Origin: Candidatus Nomurabacteria bacterium | GTDB taxonomy: Bacteria; Patescibacteriota; Minisyncoccia; Phycocordibacterales; Phycocordibacteraceae | Length of the DNA: 64,000 nucleotides | Direction of reading: 5' to 3' | Assembly (NCBI GenBank): GCA_943353835.1 | Contig: CALRBA010000001.1 | Coordinates: 17,497 to 81,496, forward strand | Shown here: piece after piece, positions 58,618-64,000 of the stretch | Numbering within the stretch: the first letter of the stretch is position 1 | Layout: the number at the start of each line of letters is the position of its first letter | Notes under the pieces: generated by a model | Told to the model about the DNA's origin: nothing | The model's input: the letters and a program-made list of their open reading frames with translations, nothing else | The model's database searches: none | Translations under genes and position numbers: made by a program

Positions 58618-59856
58618 ATGGCATTCGACCGGCGTGAGACAGCAATTCTTATTATAGGAGATTTCTTCATATTGGTAGCGTCTCTTTGGGTCGCGCTTCT
58701 TCTCCGTAACCTTGCTCTACCTCCTCTCGGTTACTTTGAGGCGAATCTTATCCCGTTCCTCCCGATGTTCTTTGTATCACTCATTGTCTTCTATATCGCA
58801 GGTTTATATGAGAAACAAACCAGACCTATTAGGAGTGTGATGGGTGTACGTATTTTCGGAGCGCAGGTCGCTACTGTTATGATTGCCTCCGTACTTTTCT
58901 TTATACTACCTCTCTCTATAGCCCCGAAGACGATTCTGGTGCTGTATCTGATAGTCTCGGTAGTCGCCGAGAGTGCGTGGCGTTTTTATCGTATGAACAG
59001 TGAGATCGCAGAAGGCAGTCGTACACCGGCAATATTAGTCGGCCACGGTCATGCGGTCAATGAGCTTTACGACGAAGTGAGCGGGAACAACCGGTATCTT
59101 ATTCGGTTTATTAAGCGCGTAGAAACGAACGATTCGCCGGCAGAAGTCGTATTGGTGAACGGTAAGAATACCGTCATGAGTTTTACATCTTTGTATGAAG
59201 AGATTTTTGACCGTGTACCTCTAGAACATTTAGATTCTAAACAACTCCTGCAATCTATGTCTAAGTATCGTGTGTTGTACGACATCAGCAAACGCATTTT
59301 TGACATCGCTCTAGCCACTATGTTATCTATTATTGCGATTCCGTTTATAACAGTTGCGGCCGCCGTTCTTTCAATAGAAAGTGGCGCGCCTTTTATTCAC
59401 CCTGAACGTATTGGGAAAAATGGTCGCATAATCAAACTCCATAAACTCCGTACGATGCTTTTTAATGATAACGGCGACCCGGAACTGCAGAAAAAAAATC
59501 GCGTAACATCATTTGGCCGCGCACTTCGTAAATCGCGCATTGATGAATTACCACAACTCTGGAACGTATTAGCCGGCGACCTGTCTTTCATCGGTCCGCG
59601 ACCTGAATTTCCAAAAATCGCCGAAGTGTATGAACGTGAGATACCACAGTACGTGATGCGTCATCTGATAACTCCTGGCCTCTCAGGCTGGGCGCAAATT
59701 CACGACTATGATGCGCCGCGCGGACCGGCCGATGTCGTCCGGACGCGGCGCAAAGTCTCGTATGACCTGTACTATCTGAAGCACAGGTCGTTCGGGCTGG
59801 ACCTCGCCATTGCCATCAAAACGCTCCGCACATTATTCGCTTTTTCTGGAACATGA
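58618..59856 (+). CDS. Polyprenyl-phosphate hexose-1-phosphate transferase (WbaP/bacterial sugar transferase family)
   Basis: N-terminal TM block and a C-terminal catalytic domain with DELPQLWNVLAGDLSFIGPRPE. Confidence 0.85.
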   Translation: MAFDRRETAILIIGDFFILVASLWVALLLRNLALPPLGYFEANLIPFLPMFFVSLIVFYIAGLYEKQTRPIRSVMGVRIFGAQVATVMIASVLFFILPLSIAPKTILVLYLIVSVVAESAWRFYRMNSEIAEGSRTPAILVGHGHAVNELYDEVSGNNRYLIRFIKRVETNDSPAEVVLVNGKNTVMSFTSLYEEIFDRVPLEHLDSKQLLQSMSKYRVLYDISKRIFDIALATMLSIIAIPFITVAAAVLSIESGAPFIHPERIGKNGRIIKLHKLRTMLFNDNGDPELQKKNRVTSFGRALRKSRIDELPQLWNVLAGDLSFIGPRPEFPKIAEVYEREIPQYVMRHLITPGLSGWAQIHDYDAPRGPADVVRTRRKVSYDLYYLKHRSFGLDLAIAIKTLRTLFAFSGT

Positions 59857-60773
59857 TACAAAACAAAAAAAAGAAGGTAGTCGTTACTGGCGGCGCAGGA
59901 TTCATAGGCTCGCATCTCGCCACCGCATTACTGGCGGGAGGGTATGTCGTAGCGGTAGTCGATAACTTATCGGGCGGAAAGAAAGAGAAAATCCCGAAAG
60001 GGGCGGAATTCTTTGAGCAAGATGTGAACGATACCGCAGCACTTACTAAGGTGATGGCTGGCGCGGAATTCGTCTTCCATCTCGCTGCGCTGCCGCGCGT
60101 GCAGTTTTCTATAGAGCACCCGATAGAAACCAATAGGGCGAATGTTGACGGCACAGTCTCGGTGCTGAAGGCCTCACAGGACGCTAGTGTCAAGCGCGTG
60201 ATCTACTCGGCCTCAAGCTCGGCGTATGGCGACCAAGTAGTCATGCCGCTTACTGAAGATATGCCGGCAAACCCAAAAAGCCCGTACGGCCTCCATAAAT
60301 ATATCGGCGAGTTGTATTGTCGCGTCTTCAGTGAAGTGTATGGTCTTCCGACGGTTTCGCTGCGTTATTTTAATGTGTACGGTCCTGGCGCGGACCCTGA
60401 GGGCGCATATGCGCTGGTCATCGCGAAATTCTTGAAACAGCGTGCACTCGGCGGACCAATGACCATCACCGGAGATGGAAAACAAACGCGAGATTTCACC
60501 CACGTGCGCGATGTGGTGCGGGCGAATATATTGGCGGCGCAGTCGGAACAGGTAGGAAAGGGAGAAGTCATAAATATCGGTGCAGGACAGAATGCGTCAG
60601 TCGTGCGCATTGCAGAACTTATCGGGGGGGCGGTTGAACATATCGCGCCGCGCCTTGAGCCGCACGACACGCTCGCGGATAACTCTCTCGCACAAAAATT
60701 GCTCGGATGGGAGCCCACCGTTTCATTAGAGGAAGGAATTGCGGAGCTGAAGCGCGAATGGAACATCGTATGA
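59853..60773 (+). CDS. NAD-dependent sugar epimerase/dehydratase (UDP-glucose 4-epimerase-like SDR)
   Basis: VTGGAGFIGSHL Rossmann motif and YxxxK. Confidence 0.85.
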   Translation: MIQNKKKKVVVTGGAGFIGSHLATALLAGGYVVAVVDNLSGGKKEKIPKGAEFFEQDVNDTAALTKVMAGAEFVFHLAALPRVQFSIEHPIETNRANVDGTVSVLKASQDASVKRVIYSASSSAYGDQVVMPLTEDMPANPKSPYGLHKYIGELYCRVFSEVYGLPTVSLRYFNVYGPGADPEGAYALVIAKFLKQRALGGPMTITGDGKQTRDFTHVRDVVRANILAAQSEQVGKGEVINIGAGQNASVVRIAELIGGAVEHIAPRLEPHDTLADNSLAQKLLGWEPTVSLEEGIAELKREWNIV

Positions 60774-60825
60774 TTATTGACGGCCGCGCGCTTGCCGAAC
60801 AAAAGAATTCGTCTATACTCTCTGA

Positions 60826-62142
60826 ATGACTCGGTTTAGAGTGTCTGCTGTTGTTGCCCTGCTTATAGGGCTTTTACTTGCCTATTTCGTTTGGTCTACT
60901 CAAGCGAATCCAGATAGCAAATATCGTTTCAAGCTAGGGTTAGACCTAGCCGGAGGCACAGAACTCGTCTATAAGGCCGATATGAGCCAGATACCGTCTG
61001 GTGAGCGCTCTGATGCTTTATCGGCGCTTCATGGCGTCATTGAGCGCAGAGTGAACCTTTTCGGCGTTGCGGAGCCATTAGTCCAGACGGAAAGAGCGAA
61101 CACTCTTTATGGAATTACCGATGATCGTCTAATTGTTGAACTCCCGGGCGTAACCGATATTAAAGCGGCAGTGAAGGCTCTTGGTGAGACACCCACACTC
61201 GACTTCAGGCTTCCAGAGATAGGGATTGTCGGCACGACCACTCAAATCATTGGGTTCGTCTCAACCGGTCTTACTGGACGCTATGTATCAAGTGCGACGC
61301 TCGGGTTCGGCTCTGGGGCGACATCTGGTCTTACAGCGCCCGAAGTAATTCTCAATTTTAACAGTGAGGGCGCGCAGCTCTTTGAAAAAATTACGAGAGA
61401 GAATATAGGCAAACAGCTAGCGATATTCTTAGATGGTCAGCCGATTTCAGCACCGGTTATCCAAGAAGTAATCTCAGGCGGTCAAGCGACTATCACTGGA
61501 CAATTCACTTCGCTTGAGGCGCGCGATCTTGTTCGTAATCTTAATTTCGGCGCGCTCCCGGTGCCCATTGAACTAGAAAGCAGTTCGGCAGTCGGTCCCA
61601 CTCTCGGAGTCGAGGCTATTAGCGCTGGCGTCGTCGCCGGTATCATAGGTTTCGCCATCGTCGCGTTCTTTATGATTGCGTGGTATCGTCTCCCCGGCCT
61701 TGTTGCGGTTATCGCTCTTACCGAATATCTCGTTCTTATGCTCGCAGTTATAAAGGTTATTCCGGTTACGCTCACAGCCTCTGGTATCGCAGCTCTCATT
61801 ATCACACTTGGTATGGCCGTGGACGCGAACGTTCTTATATCTGAACGCATGAAAGAAGAATTGCGTGCTGGTAAGAATCCTCGTGAGGCGGTACATATTG
61901 GTTTCGCGCGCGCATGGACGGCGATCAGAGATGGCCATCTCACGATGATCATCTCAGGTGCTATTCTCTTCTGGCTTGGGACGAGTATCATACAGGGTTT
62001 CGCATTCGTCTTTGTGCTCGGCATACTCGCGTCCTTCATCTCTGCCGTAACGCTCTCTCGCGTCTTTCTACTCGCGATTGTTCCCGAAGAGGAACGTGGC
62101 GCGTTGAAATTCCTGCTCGGTTCAGGATTTCGTAAAAATTAA
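60826..62142 (+). CDS. secD: Protein translocase subunit SecD
   Basis: N-terminal TM helix, a large periplasmic domain and a C-terminal 5-TM block, immediately followed by secF. Confidence 0.85.
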   Translation: MTRFRVSAVVALLIGLLLAYFVWSTQANPDSKYRFKLGLDLAGGTELVYKADMSQIPSGERSDALSALHGVIERRVNLFGVAEPLVQTERANTLYGITDDRLIVELPGVTDIKAAVKALGETPTLDFRLPEIGIVGTTTQIIGFVSTGLTGRYVSSATLGFGSGATSGLTAPEVILNFNSEGAQLFEKITRENIGKQLAIFLDGQPISAPVIQEVISGGQATITGQFTSLEARDLVRNLNFGALPVPIELESSSAVGPTLGVEAISAGVVAGIIGFAIVAFFMIAWYRLPGLVAVIALTEYLVLMLAVIKVIPVTLTASGIAALIITLGMAVDANVLISERMKEELRAGKNPREAVHIGFARAWTAIRDGHLTMIISGAILFWLGTSIIQGFAFVFVLGILASFISAVTLSRVFLLAIVPEEERGALKFLLGSGFRKN

Positions 62143-62144
62143 TT

Positions 62145-63044
62145 ATGTTTATCATAGCTCATCGCAAATTCTTCTTCTGGCTTACTGGTCTCATTTTGGC
62201 GGCGGCTATCGGTGCGATTATGTTCTTCGGCTTGCCGCTCGGCATTGATTTTACCGGTGGTTCTATGATGAAGGTTGATTATCCTGGCGGACGCCCGGCG
62301 ATTGAAGATATCCAAAAACAAGTCGCCATTGTTCCCAATATAGGGAATGTCTCGGTCCGCGCGTTTGGTGAAAACGCAATTTCTATCCGTACACGCGCCA
62401 TGACGTTGGAAGAATATAATGTAATGCTCGGCGCCGTGTCATCTCTAGGAGAGACGGTTGAACTCTCTTACACTTCAGTAGGCTCGGCGCTCGGGAGCCA
62501 ATTCGCCAATAAAGCGCTCTGGGCTATTTTTGCTGTGGCTCTCGCCATAGTGTTTTACATTGCTATCGCATTCCGCAGAGTATCGCGACCGGTGCCTTCG
62601 TGGGGATACGGGCTTGTAGTTGTTGCAATGCTCGCCATAGACATTATCGTTCCTGTCGGGTTCTATGCGGCGTACGCACACTTCACAGGAGCAGAGGTGG
62701 ACTCTCTTTTTATCGTCGCTCTGCTCGCACTTATCGGATACGTCGTAAACGATATTATTGTCGTCTTTGACCGCATACGCGAACACCTTGTTAAAAACGA
62801 AAAGACAGGGTTCAAAGAGTCATTTGAAGACACGATAGGAAAATCGATTGATGAGGTAATGGCGCGTTCCATCAACACCTCTCTCACCACGTCGCTCGTA
62901 CTGCTCGCCCTTATATTCTTCGGCGCCGAGGCGACTCGCAATTTCGCACTCGTGATTCTTGTCGGCGTTATCGTTGGCACATTCTCCTCTATTTGTCGCT
63001 CCGCCCCGCTCCTTATCCCACTCGCGAATTGGTTTAAGAAATAA
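62145..63044 (+). CDS. secF: Protein translocase subunit SecF
   Basis: GIDFTGGSMMKV N-terminal periplasmic segment + 5-TM block. Confidence 0.85.
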   Translation: MFIIAHRKFFFWLTGLILAAAIGAIMFFGLPLGIDFTGGSMMKVDYPGGRPAIEDIQKQVAIVPNIGNVSVRAFGENAISIRTRAMTLEEYNVMLGAVSSLGETVELSYTSVGSALGSQFANKALWAIFAVALAIVFYIAIAFRRVSRPVPSWGYGLVVVAMLAIDIIVPVGFYAAYAHFTGAEVDSLFIVALLALIGYVVNDIIVVFDRIREHLVKNEKTGFKESFEDTIGKSIDEVMARSINTSLTTSLVLLALIFFGAEATRNFALVILVGVIVGTFSSICRSAPLLIPLANWFKK

Positions 63045-63150
63045 AACATCTAACTATAGAAATAGTTTGTATCTGTACTAAAAATACTAAGCAAGGGTGA
63101 CGGCTCACTCCACTATAGCGCTTTGTTCGTCTCGCGCAACTTGTACTCGT

Positions 63151-63591
63151 TTATTTTTGTGCTGCCTTAGCGATAAGCCAAGAAGAAGATTGCACCTTCC
63201 CGCCAGCGCCCACGTTGTAGAGCATTTTTATACCGAGCTCTTTGCAGAGTTCAACCTCGGGAATAGGGTCGCCGTCGGGGTGCCGGTCACCACCGTTCGC
63301 GAAAATGTCGGGCTTAACCGAGCGCAGAGCGCGACACACGCTCCTGTCGGGGTCGCCCGGCGCGTGATCGGTTAGGAAGACGCGGTCAACGCCCTTAATC
63401 GCGCCAACAATCTCCTCGCGCTCTACGCCAGGCATAAAAGGTTTGCCCTTTTTATCGGCGAGCCAGTTGTCGTTATTCAGAATCACGACGAGCTCGTCCC
63501 CCAGCTTCTTCGCTTCTTGGAACATCCTGATGTGCCCGATGTGAAGCGGGTCAAACCCGCCCGATACCGCTACGACAATCGGCTTTTTCAT
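63151..63591 (-). CDS. Cytidylyltransferase-like nucleotidyltransferase (RfaE domain II / glycerol-3-phosphate cytidylyltransferase-like)
   Basis: VSGGFDPLHIGHIRMF (H/T)xGH motif. Confidence 0.6.
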   Translation of the reverse strand: MKKPIVVAVSGGFDPLHIGHIRMFQEAKKLGDELVVILNNDNWLADKKGKPFMPGVEREEIVGAIKGVDRVFLTDHAPGDPDRSVCRALRSVKPDIFANGGDRHPDGDPIPEVELCKELGIKMLYNVGAGGKVQSSSWLIAKAAQK

Positions 63592-63608
63592 GGCACTAGT
63601 ATATCAGC

Positions 63609-63637
63609 TTGACGCCCCTAGGGCAGTCATATAGTAT
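63609..63637 (+). promoter_or_regulatory. Candidate sigma-70 promoter for 16S rRNA (TTGACG-17 nt-TAGTAT)
   Basis: ttgacgcccctagggcagtcatatagtat, ~190 nt upstream of 16S. Confidence 0.35.
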
Positions 63638-63830
63638 GACCATACTGCCACTCGGTTCATGAGTAGGTAGGGGAAGTCTAGAAAATGAACTCGAAGGGGT
63701 TCATTGTGCGTTCTAGCGCTGTTATTTGACAACCCACATACGTGCTAAATGTGAAATGAAAAGCCCCCGCCAACATCTGCGAAGTTGTTGCGGGGGAGTG
63801 TGAATTCTTTTGTTCCGCCTATTCTTAATG

Positions 63831-64000
63831 AGAGTTTGATCCTAGCTCAGGGTGAATGCTGGCGGCGTGGATAAGTCATGCAAGTAGAACGCCCCGCAAG
63901 GGGAGTTGCGAACGAGGTAGTAACACGTAGGTAGATCCCCCGAAGTCGGGCATAGCCAGTCGAAAGACTGGGTAATTCCCGATAGCGTGGAGACACTAAA
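63831..64000 (+). rRNA. rrs: 16S ribosomal RNA, 5' end (3'-partial, continues beyond the window)
   Basis: AGAGTTTGATCCTAGCTCAG...GCGGCGTGGATAAGTCATGCAAGT. Confidence 0.85.

Noticed and set aside
63726-63752. TTGACA at 63726 as a 16S promoter
   Set aside because: The best downstream -10 candidate (TAAATG) is only 14 nt away. The TTGACG-17-TAGTAT element at 63609 is a better fit.

Overview
This window reads as a streamlined, probably Candidate-Phyla-Radiation-like (Patescibacteria/Parcubacteria-type) bacterial chromosome segment. It is densely packed with housekeeping genes and mostly co-directional on the + strand.

Recognisable content:
- Replication, repair and division genes: a 5'-truncated polA, a holA-like gene, ruvA, ruvX, recO, recA, ssb, ftsK, ftsW/rodA and tatD.
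- Five aminoacyl-tRNA synthetases: argS, ileS, glyQS and metG, plus a stand-alone CsaA-like tRNA-binding protein.
- Translation, transcription and secretion genes: rpsT, rplS, rplK, rplJ, rplL, rpsF and rpsR, together with secE-nusG, efp, secD and secF.
- A pilM-pilN-pilO type IV pilus assembly cluster and an ECF sigma factor with a putative anti-sigma partner.
- A cation P-type ATPase, a cation diffusion facilitator (CDF) transporter, an AI-2E transporter and a cell-envelope glycosylation cluster (GT4, polyprenyl-P sugar transferase, epimerase, Wzy_C/O-antigen-ligase-like protein).
- Two very large Thr/Ser-rich surface proteins, one with a peptidoglycan-binding domain.
- A mazEF-like toxin-antitoxin pair embedded in a tRNA cluster.
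- Nine tRNAs by hand-folding (Lys, Arg x2, Ser, Leu x2, Val, His, anticodons assigned by eye).
- A 23S rRNA interrupted by two group I introns (one encoding a LAGLIDADG homing endonuclease) followed by 5S.
- A 16S rRNA that starts only about 8 kb further downstream, i.e. unlinked from 23S-5S.

Most unusual observations:
1. The isoleucyl-tRNA synthetase carries an AT-rich in-frame insertion of about 590 nt, encoding a histidine-phosphatase (PGAM-superfamily, RHG...SHG) domain between the catalytic core and the KMSKS region. Its HIGH signature position also reads ALHH.
2. A roughly 52-nt double-hairpin palindromic element is present in-frame in two unrelated genes (polA and the 3' end of rplS). 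The hairpin stems carry compensatory changes between copies, reminiscent of Rickettsia palindromic elements.
3. rplK is not followed by rplA (L1). rplJ-rplL lie 28 kb away and are not followed by rpoB.
4. A near-consensus sigma-70 promoter sits about 260 nt upstream of 23S and is followed about 80 nt downstream by an intrinsic-terminator-like hairpin. This suggests either an attenuated rRNA leader or a roughly 105-nt small RNA.
5. Two families of near-identical terminator hairpins recur in the window.

All calls were made by eye from the sequence and the six-frame translations. No database searches were run.
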